DNA of 64,000 nt. Source: Azolla caroliniana (Eukaryota; Plantae; Polypodiophyta). Of this stretch, positions 1 through 13,924 are shown piece after piece (position 1 is the first letter of the stretch; every line of letters begins with the position of its first letter). The stretch covers positions 558,001 through 622,000 of the forward strand of contig JBHGNT010000021.1 of assembly GCA_043228905.1 (NCBI GenBank), given 5' to 3'. The position numbers and the translations under genes were made by a program. A model generated the notes under the pieces. It searched no databases and had not been told where the DNA came from. It was given only the letters and a program-made list of their open reading frames with translations.

Positions 1-1639
1 AAGTTCAACAATACATCTACACCATTATGGATCAATTTACTTAAGACATATAAATACACACACATCTATATCTATCTATCTATATATGTATGTAAGGTTA
101 AACTAGGATAGAAAAAACACTATACGCTCATAGCATTTGATCTTGCTTGCCCAAATAATGCATTGCATAAACATCTTGAATGAAGCCCAGTAAACTTTCA
201 ACATATTTGGAAAGTTCAAAGTTCGTGATGGATATATGTATATATAAAGAACATACTTGAACATTAGATCCAACAATCATGTTGGGTTTGTCGTATGTTT
301 TTCCTTCTTGCTTTCTCCTCTCTTGCCATTTCCTCTTCATTGCAAGCCGAACTTGCATGGTAGACATGTCAACAACTAGTTCATTATCCGTCAATGGTGC
401 GTGAAAAAGACGAGCAATCATGTTTACACATCTATCATGCATATGCATTAAAAGGGTCAAGACATATCTTCCGAAGGTCATCTATCATATGACAATTTTA
501 TCATAAGATTGACCAATCATATAGTCACTCATCACATAAGTAATCAGATGGTCATCATCATACATATTGATTACGTACCATACACTTTACATATACCCAT
601 TCATTACTCCACATAAGTATGAGATATATCAATATAGATTACATACATGTATAACTACAATTGTTGGGTATTCATCAAAGTCAACGTAGTTCTCGTTTAA
701 TGATTGGGTGATGAGCTAAACCCTAAACTCCTTATCAAGACATACATACAATTGCAATGCCTACCTTTCCATCCCCCAACCAGAAAAAATGAATGAATGA
801 GGGAGGAAAACGAATAGAGAAATACCTGACATAGAGAAGCATTAGCAACAACCTAAAACCCGAAATCAACTGATAATATTTCAATTTGCAATCGTCTTCT
901 TTGTTTTCCGCTCCGCTCTCGCTCACCACAAAAAAAAGATTTCAAAATTCTCTTCCTAGACCACAATTTATATATATGGGTCAGAGTCGGGCTCCTACCT
1001 CAGGTAGGTTGGGCTCCTGACTCGGATGAGTCAAGCTCCTCAACGTCCTACTTCAGGAGAGTTGGGCTCCCGATAAAGTGAAATTTTGAGCGCGCGCGTT
1101 TTTTTTATCCACTTTGGACAGTGCAAATCACATGTGCCCTTAGCTGAACGACCTGCACCGCCCGTGCCTGTGATTCCCGCACTTGCCCTCTTTAATATTC
1201 AGTAGTAGTTAGACACTTCGATATATGTATGTATGTATGTACGAAGGGTATGGATGTGTATCTATGTATAAAACAATTCATACAGAGCTCCCCAAAACAA
1301 ATCGTGGAAACCTTGTCGCTAGTTGTTTGCACACGATTGCCCACTTTCGATAACTTGCAATCATACTCTTTCTTGCTCTAGTTACTCCACCTTGAACAAA
1401 ATCTATTCGCAATTGATCAACTTATTCAAATCTTTGCTCTTTGTCGATTCTTGACAAAGAATTATCAGTAATGTGCATGTCTATTTTGTTAAGGCCTCAA
1501 TTGCCACAATAATGTAAGTAGCAAATCACCAATACGATATGGTATTTATTTTGGAAATAACTTAACCAATTCCATTTGTCAAATCATACTCAACCAAATC
1601 CATGTGTCTCCTCTATACATTCTTTCTAACCATAACCAT

Positions 1640-1790
1640 ACCTTTTAATGTAGAGTTCTCAAGGCACTTCATGTTTGACAACTTGGTGATGATACTAAAT
1701 CTTCTATATGTGGTTGAAGTGTGGGGTGGTGACGTCTCAAAGTCCACTTGGAATGAGTTTGAAAATGTATGGTTTAATTATGATATTTCT
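1640..1790 (+). mobile_element. Short degenerate RTE-like LINE fragment
   Basis: Translation FDNLV..LLYVVEVWGGDVSKSTWNEFENV matches the post-RT segment FDTLVTPVLLYGVEVWGSSIPKSMWKEFENVQ of the LINE at 26320-28270. Confidence 0.6.
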
Positions 1791-2069
1791 TCAACTTGAG
1801 ATATAAATGTCAGCTTTCACTTCTTGAAATCCAAAACCCCTCAAACTTCCTAGATTGACAAGGGAGGAAAGTGGAAAATCTCAAAGGACACAAACAAAAT
1901 AACAAGTCCACAATATAAAGAAATGGTTTGGGAAATGAGATACATCATACTTGTTTCATGATGCCTTGATAGATTCATAATTGTATGAAGCTTTTTTGCA
2001 ACATAACATCACAAAATCATTAAGAAATTACATTCCCCCAATTGCAATGCACACTCATTATCGCAAATA

Positions 2070-2680
2070 TTCCTCTAGTTGGGCATGACATTACATGTAA
2101 GATAAGCAAAAAGCAAAAATCTATCGTCTAGTTGGGCATGAAACACACAAGTTATTGAAGAGATGGAATGTAGACATACTACTTTATTTGCGTGATGATA
2201 ATACTCAGACGAACATCAAACCATGCATTGTAAATGAAATCAACAACAAAACATGTAAGACATAAATGATTCAAGCGATGGATTGTGGACATAGTACTTG
2301 AGTTGCCCAATGATGAACATTGAATTAGGCATTCTAAATGCAGTCAACAACAAAACATGCAAGACAAGAGAAAGCAATATTATGTAATCTAGCTGGACAT
2401 GCAACATACGAAGTGATTTAAGAGATGGAATGCATATATGTTAGTTGATTTGCTCATTCATGATAATACTTAAACGATGAACATCGAATCACGCACTCTA
2501 TATGCAATCAATAAAAAAAAAGTAAGACAAATGAAAGCAAAGTTCTCTCATCTACTTGGCAACAAAACACACACAAATTATTTAAGGGATGGAATGCGAA
2601 CATAGTACTTGAACCACCTGATGCAAATATATAGAAAGATGAATATCAAATCATACATTCCAAATCCACTCACAACTACA
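2070..2680. repeat. Old diverged tandem repeat
   Basis: Motifs CTAGTTGGGCATGA, GAGATGGAATG, GATGAACATC and CAACAACAAAACATG recur 2-4 times in the same order. Confidence 0.5.
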
Positions 2681-3421
2681 TGGAACAAGGATGCCAATAA
2701 TAACAATCCACAATGCTATCACGAAGATGTGGCATCATACACAACATCAACCGATAGGCATCAAATGCAATAGTGTTGTGTTAGGCTAGAAGACCTTGCT
2801 ATCCTAGATTGCGGTCTTTAATCTTGTTCTATCACAAAATCAAAGCCATAATTGCCTAAGATAAGAGCCACCTCATGTTTCGAAGATATTTCTATTGTTG
2901 TTTTGACACATACAAGTATACTTTAGTTATGTCGTTAACATTCGTACAAGCTATACCTATTAATGTAATCATACAATCATATTACTTCGTAGAGTTTGCA
3001 TACTTATGGATACACCTCTTCATGTACTCTAATCATAGTTTCGTTGGTTTTTGTGAAACTGTGTTTGTTCAAAGGTAATCGTACGAGTACAACAATTATA
3101 TAAAGTGCCACATATCAAATCATTTCATTTTACTTCGTTTATTGTTCTCATGGACGAGGCGGGCTTTCGGTCATTTGGAAGTTTACAGTGTACCATGGAA
3201 ATTGGAGTGATGAAAAGAGTTGGTCCGGATGAGGGTTTGAGAAAACGTGAGGGGTATTTCGGGAATTAGACAATACTTGTTTTTGTGTTGGGTCCTGCCC
3301 CTATCTGAATCTAAAGCATTGGCTTTGATCTCCCCCCCCCCCCCCCCCTCTCTCTTTAAAACAGAAAGAAGCTGCCACTGCACAGAATTTTCCACACATT
3401 CTGCTTCCAAGAAGGACGTGG

Positions 3422-6400
3422 ATGCGAGATATGTCGATATTCCAACATGGGTTCCTCCTATCTTCTCTTCTTCTTCTTCTTCTTCTTCTTCTGCTTCAAC
3501 CATTCTTGCAGTGCCTAGGATTGCAGATCACTGTTCAGAATACAGAGTGTGTGTATGAGACCGTGGAATATGAAGGAGATCTTGTGAGTGGAAACTACGT
3601 GGTTGTGGATCATGAGATCTTCTGGAGCGACGACCATCTAGGAATTGATTTTACGGTAATGTTTTTTTTTTCTTTTTTCTTTTGATTATACTTATAATTT
3701 TTGAGATAGAGAGAAAGAGAGAGGAGGACCGAGTTTGAGGAAAAAATGTTACATAGTTTCTGGTTGGCTTGGGACCCAGTACTTCATATATGGGCTTGTG
3801 TGGTTGTGAGAGGTTGCAGATGGATAAAGAGATATGTTTCTAGGTAGAGATGGTCTATTGTTGTCTTCTGAGGCTAGAGAGATAGATATGATGTAGATCG
3901 TTGCATATATTACCGTGTTTCCTAGGAAAACTATAGGATATGCAATCAAGCATGAGAAAAATGCATACGTTTTTTGGTGGGGTCATGAAAGTTGTTTGAC
4001 AGGGAAATTACAGCTCAATTAAGAACCACACACTCAATCACAGCTTAAAATATACGGTAATAATCAGGGAGTAGATAATCACTTAATCACATTCACTTAA
4101 GTAAGAAGACGTGGAGGTAGTGCATGCAATGACACTATTATCAAATCTCTTACTCAAAGAGAGGATTAAAAGGGGTGAAATTTAATTCTTTTCTCTCTCA
4201 AGAGTTAAGCATGCCCACACAGATGGAGCTGCTTTCTTGGTTTGTGCTATCCTAGGTCAAGCAGGTGATGAGAAAAAAGTTTATATACAATTGATGAGAG
4301 GAGGGAAAGTGATAAATTGAATACATTTTCATCTTTACTTCTTAACTACCAATAAATTACATGTGTACTTTACATGTCCCCTGTCCACCTGCTAAGGGTG
4401 GAGGAATTTAGAAAGAGAGATAAGATGATGATGTATCATCACCATTGGGAGGCCAATGGGATGACCTACGGGACACAAAAGCATTACGAGAGAGTCTTCT
4501 CATATGTTGGAGAGGATAAAGTACACTTGTCTCAAATGGTTTTTTGCATAAGGTTGTTTCTTATGCTTAAATATAAAATAGCACGTATATGGGCCTGAGG
4601 CACAATGTTGGATTTGTCCAACTCAAAGATTGGACGTCCAACCTTGCCTTTTGGAACATTGGGTCCATGTGAGATTGGTGCATTGGCCAATGTTTTTTTT
4701 GGTTTTGCATTTGTACGTGCATATGTTCAATCATATCCACCCAAGAACTACGTATTTTGGCTTCTAAAATATGTTTTCACATATTTATATTTCGTGTCTT
4801 GATACATCGCACGTACTCCAATTGAGTCTTTGCATAACTTGAGTCCACTCTTTAAGAAGATGAAAGCACAGTACTATTCGACTTGAGCTATTTCATTACA
4901 AAGTTAAATATTTTGAAGCTGTGATATATTTATCTTCTCACTTTCATCATATTTGCAACATTTAATTAATTTATTAGAAAGAAGCCAATTTGAATGTATT
5001 TTCTGTACTTCCTCACTGTAGGAATTGTCTTCGCCCTCCCATGTTTAGAGACTGAGATGTTGTTGATGATAATCAACACTACTTTCTGTGGATTTTCTCT
5101 ATAAGCGTAAAGGGCATATTTTTGTCTTCATGTTCTGCTGATCAGTGGCGATTTTATACCCTTCTATCTTGTATTAAATTGAAATTGCAACTATATGATG
5201 AACTAATTACATTTTAATGTGTTTATATGTTTCTGGGTTACTCATCAATAAACCTTCTAAAATTTCATTTCATTTTCTAATTCGCTAAATTTCTAATTTA
5301 GAAATTCATGAAGTGTCCAAGAAAACTAAATGTACTTGTTAACCAGATTTCATATGCAGTCATAAACACGTATGACTGTCAAATAATAGTTTATGTAAAA
5401 TCATATTTGTTTCTGAAGGGAATTGTCTATCTAGGTCTTTGAGGATGATATTCCAACTCAGAAACAGCCCCAAACCATTTTAGAAGGCATTAATTAACAT
5501 CTTCACTTGAAATCAGCTTTTGCCCAATTAATAACTATTAAAAGTATGCTCAGGAAGAGAAAGCATTTAGAAAAACTTGGGGCAATAGAGTTCTTAGCCC
5601 TGAAGCTTGGCAATCACCACAGAGGGCGTGAACCTCAATCAAATGCCAAAACGACAATTTAGCACACTAAAATCCTAAACACGTACAATTACCTTAGTCC
5701 TAAGATAATGGATAACTAATCTTCCAAGCATATTTGGTAGATGTATAAGTTCTTACAAATTTGATTCCTCATTCTTTGGTGCTTGAAATACTACAGACAC
5801 CAAAGGACAATGTTTTTTTTTATTCCTAGATTTATTTTTCTTTCCATTTTCTGAAATTTTAATCTTTGCCATCATTGAGTTTATCCATCAGATTTGTTGA
5901 GGTTTTATTGGACAATGACAATTTGTGTGGTATAGAATCTTCTTTTTCATGCATCCATGATGAACTCTTGAGCAGATCACTCGTAGCTTTTGTTTTCTTT
6001 TCTCTTAAAACCACACATGTAACTTCCAGAGGGCAATAGAACACCAATCAACCCTAGTTTAGCGGACATATCACTTCCAGAGAAATATTATACAACAAAG
6101 AAATACCTTCTTAAGATTTTGGACTCATCTAGACTGGTACTCCTATTGGTATTTTTCTTTATTCATAAATAGATAGATAGATTCTATATTGTCTTCATAG
6201 GTCAAATATGACCTATGAGACCAAAAATATTACGTTTCACGTAATACATTTGAAAGTGAGTAGCAACTCTCAATGTCCAAGAACATTACCAATGAATGTT
6301 GCAATAAAAAATGCATATTGTGGTCGTGAGAGAAATTCGTGCAAGGGGTGGGTTTGGTCGAAGATTTGTGAATGGGAGAATGGGCAAAACTAACTAAAGT

Positions 6401-8558
6401 AGAAGATTATGACAAATTCTTTTCAACTGATCTTAGAACTTAAATTATACGTAAATTTATTACTTGTTTCACAGTCCTTGTTTAAAATCATAACCAAGTT
6501 CTGGTCTTCCATTACACAGTGAAACTCCCAGGTCTGGTCGGAATGCTTCTCTTGGTGACGTTTGTTAGTGATATTTCCTTAAGCTAAGTTCTGGACCAAA
6601 GAACATGGGAATAAATAATGTAAAAGGAGTATACCCTTCTGACTATTTTCTCAAGCAATACATAGCAAGTAGTCATGTAAAAATAGAAAAATGTTTCAAG
6701 TGATATACACTTGTAGCGGCATGTTGAAAACTAGGTATATTGGCAAAGGTTCTAACTGATAAAGTGAGATAATCAGGTTGAAGGTAATGAAATTGGTAGA
6801 GTACTTGAAAGGAGCTAACTGCTGGAGAATGAGAACAATCTTCTTAGAAATGATAACAAGCTATCATTAACGCCATCTAAATCGAAACGAACTTATATTT
6901 TTCTCTAGGAAACCCCAACCACCATTTGTGTGGTTGCCTGCACGTGTGAAAATTGTGCATAAGACAGCAAAAACCAGTCTGTGGAATTCTAGAGGACTGG
7001 CCACACCATAATCCAAGAGACAGTGCTAATAATCACTTAAAACATCAGTACCAATGATTTCAGTGTCCTCCCTTGCCATTCTGTCTTTTTATGTGGCATG
7101 TGTAGACAACCAATTATTAGAACAAAATTCTGTCATGTTAGCTATCAACATGTGTAGAAAACCAATCTTTGGAATTCTAGAGGCTGGCCGCACCATAATC
7201 CAAGAGACAGTGCTAATAATCACTTAAAACATCGGTATCAATGATTTCAGTGTCCTCCCTTGTGATTCTGTCATTTTATGTGGCATGTGTAGAAAACCAA
7301 TTATTAGAACAAAATTCTGTCATGTTAGCTATCAACATGTGTAGAAAACCAATCTTTGGAATTCTAGAGGACTGGCTGCACCATAATCCAAAAGACAGTG
7401 CTAATAATCACTTAAAACATCAGTATCAATGATTTCAGTGTCCTCCCTTGCGATTCTGTCATTTTATGTGGCATGTGTAGAAAACCAATTATTAGAACAA
7501 AATTCTGTCATGTTAGCTATCAACATGCATAAAATATAGCATGGGGCAAGTTTTCTTATTAAACTTCAATTCCTATCATATATACCTCATTGGAGATTGC
7601 AGATGAATGTAGTTTATGTGCCTCGTCTTTTTCACTCTATATTCTAAATGTGGAGACAGATGGATTCCTAGAATAAAGTTTCACAGACATTTTAAGGTTC
7701 TTGATTTGGTTTTATCTGGTCTTATTAACTAAACATTTTGGAGTTGTGGACATTTGTAGGTGACAGCTCCTTCAGGAACTGTAGTGCTTAATCAACTCGG
7801 AACATCTGGTCAGAAGTTTGAATTCAGGGCACCGAGGAGGGGTCCATACAAATTTTGTTTCCACAACAAGGGGCACACACCAGAGACCATTGCTTTCTAT
7901 GTTCATGTTGGTCACATCCCAAATGAACATGACCTGGCCAAAGACGGTAAGTTCAAAGAAAAGTCTTACACCCTAAAGCCTTGCTATATGAAAGTCTTGC
8001 TTTTAAGTATTCTTTTGGTGGTTATTTGCTGTTTGTTCTAGAGCATCTCAATCCTGTAAATGTGAAGATTGCTGAGCTGAGAGAAGCATTAGAGGCAGTC
8101 TCTGCTGAACAACGATACTTGCGAGCAAGGGATACTCGACATCGCCTTAGTATCTCTCTCTTTCTCTCTGTGTTATTGTTATCTGCATATGCATTACCTT
8201 AGCTGTTATGAAGATCGTCTGGAATCTAGGACACATTCCTTTCTTACTTGGTCAGTAAATGTCAATAAGGCGGTGGAAGCTGAGCTACTTACTTTGGATT
8301 TAGATGGTCCTTCCTGAACCATTTGGCCAAGCCTCCACCTCTGATACAACATTGAATGCATTATGTTCATATAATTATAATTTTTATTCGCAATACTCAT
8401 GTTGTGTTTTTAACTAATGTATAGCGGTGGAAAGCACACGACGACGACTTGTTGGATATACTCTCGCGGAATATTTGGCGTTGGTTATTGCAAGCCTTTC
8501 TCAAGTGTTTCTTATTCGACGAATGTTCAATAAGAGGGTTGGATACAACAGGGTATGA
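3422..8558 (+). CDS. p24 beta family (emp24/gp25L/TMED, GOLD domain) ER-Golgi cargo receptor, 220 aa
   Basis: Exons 3422-3655, 7760-7946, 8042-8149 and 8425-8558, all GT-AG and in phase (663 nt). The protein has a Leu-rich signal peptide, a GOLD domain (ECVYE...YKFCFHN), a coiled coil, a TM helix and the C-terminal tail FNKRVGYNRV typical of plant p24beta. Confidence 0.93.
6190..6390 (-). mobile_element. 3'-terminal fragment of RTE-like LINE in p24 intron 1
   Basis: Closely matches 26340-26520 (GGTCAAATATGACCTATGAGACCAAAAATATTAC...); adjacent TAGA microsatellite tail. Confidence 0.75.
6968..7527. repeat. Tandem triplication of a ~188-bp unit
   Basis: AAAACCA.TCT.TGGAATTCTAGAG recurs at ~6970, 7158 and 7346; copies differ by a few substitutions. 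Confidence 0.9.
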
Positions 8559-9329
8559 TTGAATTTTCATACCTGTACTTTGGTTACAAAAAGCTTCTAA
8601 GCTTGAGCGTGAGGGATGGATTTTTATTATCAGGCAGTTAATGGAATCCATACAAAATTTAGACATGGAACCTCGAATGAAAGAGGGATATGTTTTTGGT
8701 GTGGATGAGATCATATTTATCAATGATTGTTCCAAGTAGAACCTAGACAGTTAATTGGTAAAGAAGTCTTAAATATATCATGGAAACACTTTTTCAAAGG
8801 TCTTAATGAATATATCATGGAAATGTTGTGCAAAAACTCTCATGAATTAACGGCAGCTATTGTTGCATCATCAAATTGCATTTGCCATAGCTTTGCTCTT
8901 GGAATTATTAAGGAATTCTCTGAGCGTCTCTCTTTAAGCATCATGTAGCGCTAGACAAAATAAGAGATCTAGCCGAAAGTAGAGAAATAAGGTAGGAAAT
9001 GATTCAAACTATAATTAGAAACAGTTTCACTATAACATTTTGATTATGAACTCATTTTTAGTTGTGCTCCAGGTTTTGAAATCTTAATGGCATAAATAGA
9101 TTTTCTATTGTCTATGAAGCCAATTTTGATATATGGATCAAACTAATAACATATCATCTCTAGCCAGGGGGTTTCCACTCAATAGTTATAACTCGATATG
9201 TGAAAATAATACACACATTTGGTCATTCTTCTTGATGGATATTTCAATATGATAATTAAATAAATATGCATGTCTATCATGCTTCTCACAAACTACATTG
9301 TATATGTTGAGCATGTAAATATGATCCAT

Positions 9330-10560
9330 TCTCCACTTTCACAGTTTCTTCTCACTGAAACCCACACTTACTAGGATATATGTGCCATTCAGCCAAGTTT
9401 TTTGTATATTTATTGCATATCTTCATACTTGGGTGATGATGCCATGAGGATACCTCTCATGGCTTTAGTAAGATGTGGTTGGATACATTTTGGCATTTTA
9501 CCTTGTATAGGAGCCAATGTTGAGGGTTGATATTTGTAATGTAATATTCTCCTTTGGTATTGAACAAAGAGTATACAAACATACCAAATCTTTATATCCT
9601 CCATGCTGAATTAATTTAATACAATTTATGACTTGATCTTTCGGAAAACATTGCTTGATAGCTTGATAGCTTGATACGTGGTAGTTATCTATTGGCAAGT
9701 TGGTGGTTTTGCCCATTTCAAGAGTTCACTTTTGATTAAAGTTGCATATGTTGCTTTAATGACATCGTGTCTCCATACTCAAATGTTATAGGCAACATCT
9801 CATAATGCATTAAGGCTTATGTGCACATTGTTCCATCCCTTGAGTTGTCTCCAAGTTAAATTTGGTTGGAGTTTAAAACATTTACTTTTTCTTCCTTTCT
9901 TTTGTTTGATAATCTTGCCTTCCCTTTCTCCACACTAGTCTTTGATATTGATACAATGTTAGTGAGCCTGAACATATTTGCAATCTTTATCAACCCACAT
10001 TAGATAGGAAACTAAGCCATCATTCTCCCACCTATACATGCACAACAATATTGATGCCCTACCACATCCTTCAATTTCTTTCAATTTATTTTCACATCTT
10101 TGCTAAGGGAGAAGTTCGTAGCATGGTTCTGAACCTTATTTGCATATAGATTAGCCTTTTTTATAGGAAGGCCACATAATGTACCTCTTCTCCCATTGTA
10201 TCCTAAGACATTGCTTAATGTTTCAATTTGTGTTTGCAATGTGCAAGCATAAAGGCTTCATGGTTTGAATCAGGTAACAATAGGCCAATTTTGTATGCTT
10301 TCACCATGGATGCATCTCATTTCCATTAATATATAGTCAACCAAAATTTATTCTCGCAAAGGTGGGAAACATGTCAAAACATTTGTCAATGGAAAGGCAT
10401 GGGTTACATTGAGAATCTTCATGTTTATGCAATTAAGCATGTATACAAGAAGCCTACCATAATCTAATATAATAAAATGCTCTTGAGTCATGTTTAAACC
10501 TAACACCGTTAACTTCCACATTTCGATAAGTTGGAACTCTAGCATTAAGATCTCTCACGA
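9330..10560 (-). mobile_element. Highly degenerate LINE (RTE-like) 3' remnant
   Basis: Broken reading frames resembling the post-RT and C-terminal Cys region of the 26-28 kb LINE; many stops. Confidence 0.3.
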
Positions 10561-11439
10561 TCAAAATTCCAAGATGATGGGTGCTATACAAGCATAAATA
10601 TACCATATCTTAAAAGTTGGATATAACAAGTATAAGATACGCCATCAATCCATGCACAAGTTGGAACATATGTATATGTATGGGTGTTTTGGATACAATA
10701 CACTCATACATAAAAAGACATACATTGTAGGGGATGCATTAGATATCCACTCAACCCATGCACAAGTTTAATTAGATGTGTATGTATGGGTGAATTGGAT
10801 ATAATATTCCAATACGTATAAATACAGTTGTTTTAGGGGGATATAATACACCCATACACATCATGCATACCTTGTTGGGGATGTGAATAATCAAACCATT
10901 TGAGAATCAAGAAAATTATATGGACCTGTAACTTATAGGATTAAAGAACAATAATGGATTGGGAACTAGATCATTTGTAGCTGTACTCGCTGACAAAAAA
11001 TTTCCATTATTTCAATGTCCTCTAAAGAGCTTATGTATACTTTGAACGTTTACAATATACCTAAAGAGAGAATATGTCAATATATCTCTATTCATTGCAA
11101 TAGTCAATATTCTGGATCATATTTCAATGGAATCAGGATCTATAACGTGAATCTTGATGTAGAATTGGGTTCAACATTGGGTCAGATTGAACCAGGCATA
11201 AACTTTAGTCTATCTTTCATCATAAAAACATATTCCATCATCTCACTTTCCTGACCATGCATAATGTTTACTATAGCTTTCCTCATTATCACTTCACTAC
11301 CCATGTTAAGGTTTTGTATACCTTTCCTCCTGTTCACTCGCCCATGCATAAAGTTTCAATATACATTTTCCAAATTCCCTTTTTAACAAACAATGCCTAA
11401 GGTTATGTCTGATCTTTCATTAAGACATGTTTCTATCAC

Positions 11440-13035
11440 TCACTGAGCTGCAGCAGCTTCCTTTTTATGCTCTAGCATTATTTCCCGAAGCATGACCATC
11501 TCCCTTATAAAATTGACATATGTATAAGGCCTTGCTGCAGCTTTCAGTACAGGTCTATGCTTTGATTCAAAACCAACAATCTTGTGTGCATCAATATCTA
11601 TGATATCCACTGAGTTGGCGATATTACCTTTCCTTGATCCCTTCTTTTGGAAATCACTAACAGAATTCGCATACCATTCATCATTCTCACTTTCGTTCTC
11701 CATATCATCATTCTCACTTTCGTTGCCTATATCATCCCACTCTTCATTTTCACTTTCATTTTCATTATCATGGCTGTTTTCAGTTTCATTATCATCATCG
11801 GTCCACTCGCTAAATTCTGTTTCATCATCAGTTCCTTCAGTGGTATCAAAACGTTCTTCTTCCTTCTTTCTGGCCATGCTTCCTGGTGTTGAAGCTTCGG
11901 TTTCTCTTCCCCTACGTGATGACTGTGAATCTTCTTCTTTCATCCAAACCCTCAAATGGGGATATGGAACGAAATACATAAGCTTAATGGGATGCATCGA
12001 GAACAAATGCTCTAAGCATGCAAGACGAGTTTCTTCAGAAGCTTGTTCATACCTTGAAGTGATTTCTTCATCTGAAGCATCCACATCTACACCCAAAATC
12101 CGACAAAAAACTCCATAATAGCTATCCTTTTCATGAACCTCTCCAACAGCCTCAAAGAGTAAATTTTGCAACCCATGAATAAACTCAAGCTGAGGTTCAA
12201 ACCGCACTTGATACGATGGTTTCTTCACAAAAACTAAATCAGGACGGATCCATGCCGTATGTTTGGTAATCCGATTTGTCATAACTGAACCGAGCCGAGA
12301 GGCCAAATTAACCTTATCCAACACCTCACCAGATTCTACTGTTATCTCCGAAACAAGACTCCATTCCTTCCAAAAAGGTTGATTCTCATACTTAAAGGGC
12401 AATCTAGCGAAAACATAGAAGAATTGAAGGCCTACTGAATCATCAAAGGTTTGGACTTGGCGATCATAGCTGACGGAAGCATTTTGAATTTCAGCCTCTT
12501 CTATATCTTGAAGGTTTTTAAGGGTAGACCACATAAACACATAGTCATCTGACCAGGAAGTAACTGGCTGAATTGTACCCACAACAGGGGCTTTGTAAGA
12601 GTAAGGCCCATAGGGGCCAAATTTGTAGTAATCATCAGGATGTTTTGTATACGGTCCAGAGGTTTTTTTTTTCTCTGTGTTTCCTCGGAGCTTTCTTGTT
12701 TTTAAGTGCTTTCCAGAGCGTCGAGGGCTCTCTCTGCTTCTTCCTGCTTGTGGGATTATTCGTTCACGTTGAGTTTTCTCTGAATCCGCAGAGAAGAAGC
12801 TCGATTTAGGTTTTCTGAAGAGACCTGCGCAGTTGATTCTGGGTCTAGGTTTTCTGAGCACGTCTGCGCCGTCGGTTCTGTGACAAGGGTTTCCAAGAAG
12901 AGAAAATGCGCCTTCGTTTCTGAGATCACCATATCCTGCAATTGGGCGATGCTTGATTCGTTCTGTGGGGAACAGAGAAGAAGAACTCCAAGCTAATGGA
13001 GAGAAAGGAGCAGAAAAGAAGGGAGAAGCAGCCAT
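11440..13035 (-). CDS. Intronless 531-aa protein of unknown function, putative plastid-targeted
   Basis: Long uninterrupted ORF with good start context (GCCATGG). Ser/Phe/Pro-rich, acid-poor N-terminus resembling a transit peptide, then a basic region, a globular core (YYKFGPYGPY..., WIRPDLVFVK), an acidic low-complexity tract and a C-terminal KAAARPYTYVNFIREMV motif. Confidence 0.85.
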   Translation of the reverse strand: MAASPFFSAPFSPLAWSSSSLFPTERIKHRPIAGYGDLRNEGAFSLLGNPCHRTDGADVLRKPRPRINCAGLFRKPKSSFFSADSEKTQRERIIPQAGRSRESPRRSGKHLKTRKLRGNTEKKKTSGPYTKHPDDYYKFGPYGPYSYKAPVVGTIQPVTSWSDDYVFMWSTLKNLQDIEEAEIQNASVSYDRQVQTFDDSVGLQFFYVFARLPFKYENQPFWKEWSLVSEITVESGEVLDKVNLASRLGSVMTNRITKHTAWIRPDLVFVKKPSYQVRFEPQLEFIHGLQNLLFEAVGEVHEKDSYYGVFCRILGVDVDASDEEITSRYEQASEETRLACLEHLFSMHPIKLMYFVPYPHLRVWMKEEDSQSSRRGRETEASTPGSMARKKEEERFDTTEGTDDETEFSEWTDDDNETENSHDNENESENEEWDDIGNESENDDMENESENDEWYANSVSDFQKKGSRKGNIANSVDIIDIDAHKIVGFESKHRPVLKAAARPYTYVNFIREMVMLREIMLEHKKEAAAAQ

Positions 13036-13924
13036 GGCTGAGGCTTTAAGCTAAGGTTTTGGAAGAAACTTGAAAGCCCAAAGTCTAGAAGGTTTTGATG
13101 GGTTAGAGTTACCCCAATGTATATATGCACTATCTCTACCCCACAGTAGGCAGCTATTTGGGGGGTGGGGGGGCTCTCTTTTGATGGCCTCTTCGATTCT
13201 AGTAACCCGCTCTACGAATAGTCGTCCATCCCCACACACCCTATGTGTGTCCATTCCCAATGATCCTACACCAGAAAGCTTTGAAATGCGCCGAGCAGTC
13301 TAGTGCTCATGCACATGCTAGAAAGCTTCCAAACACCCTATGCTAAGAATTGATCGAGTGCTCAATTCTGATGCAAATGAATGTGATCTTGTTGGACCCA
13401 ATTTCCCATCTGGCAAAAAGACCTCATGTAAACAAGTGCTAGAATATTCAGGATATATGCTAATTTATGTCATACATTGTAGGAGGCATAGTTGGCGACC
13501 CAAATCCATGGATGCTAGAGGCTTTGTACAATCAAAGTGATCCAATGCTAACGGATGCTAAAGAACCCATATAGACCCATACATATGAACTTAATACTTC
13601 CCATGTCATCCTCCTAGATAAGCCTACTAATAGCTAGGGTTTGACAAACTATTTGCTTCCTTGTCATAACTAATTTAAGAAATTTTCAATAATTAGTTGA
13701 AGCATATTATTAGAAAGCTTATAATGATGAATAAATTAAGTAAGAGAAGTAGATTATGCTTAATACAATGCCACACTTTGAAAATTTATACATTATTATT
13801 ATATACATGTTAGACAAATATGTTCAAAATATTAGGGGCATAAATCATGTAGCAAGCATAATGAACAAAAAGAGTTATTATACAAATACCTGAACAAGGC
13901 CTACATAATAGGTAGAGTGTCATG

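Noticed and set aside
975-1075. GC-rich GGGCTCC repeats near the window start
   Set aside because: Possibly TE subterminal repeats, but no termini or coding motifs to support a call.
11582-12118. 178-aa Ser-rich plus-strand ORF
   Set aside because: Antisense shadow of the acidic tract of the 531-aa gene.
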